Below, piece by piece: positions 63,919 through 64,000 of a stretch of 64,000 nt of DNA. A model generated the notes under the pieces. It was given only the letters and a program-made list of their open reading frames with translations. It made no database searches and was not told the origin of the DNA. Position numbers and translations under genes: made by a program. Position 1 is the stretch's first letter. Each line of letters starts with the position of its first letter. Source of the stretch: Candidatus Fervidifonticultor secundus (GTDB taxonomy: Bacteria > Sysuimicrobiota > Sysuimicrobiia > Sysuimicrobiales > Humicultoraceae); contig JAVKIP010000006.1 in assembly GCA_031459385.1 (NCBI GenBank), positions 64,001 through 128,000 of the forward strand, given 5' to 3'.

Positions 63919-64000
63919 CCGCCGCCCGGGGCCTGCGCCATGATCGCGCCCTCCGCACGCCCGACGACGCCCGCTGGTACCGGCTGGCGCTGGGGGCCCT

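Overview
High-GC (roughly 70%) bacterial chromosomal window dominated by solute uptake and nitrogen/amino-acid metabolism; the gene style suggests an Armatimonadota-like thermophile, which is inference only. Bases 1-15847 look like an old, decaying island ending at tRNA-Gly(CCC). It holds amidase/ABC and peptidase/URO-D/MOSC catabolic operons, two pseudogenes and a truncated tyrosine integrase whose reading frame runs into the tRNA. Next come a HAD hydrolase, a cyclase-ATPase-TPR protein, a 10-gene uncharacterised sugar operon (DUF4127, esterase, FAD oxidoreductase, GHMP kinase), tRNA-Ser(TGA), two more peptide-type ABC clusters, P5C dehydrogenase and carAB with tandem ARG boxes. gltB is preceded by a ykkC-family (probably ppGpp) riboswitch with a clear competing terminator. 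The most striking element is at the right end: an ECF sigma/anti-sigma pair followed by an ArsM-like methyltransferase that has lost the usual arsenic-binding cysteines and has an in-frame TGA exactly at the remaining conserved Cys position (candidate selenoprotein), then an AhpD-like protein, a Tat-exported cupin and DUF1326. Family calls come from motif recognition by eye, not database searches.
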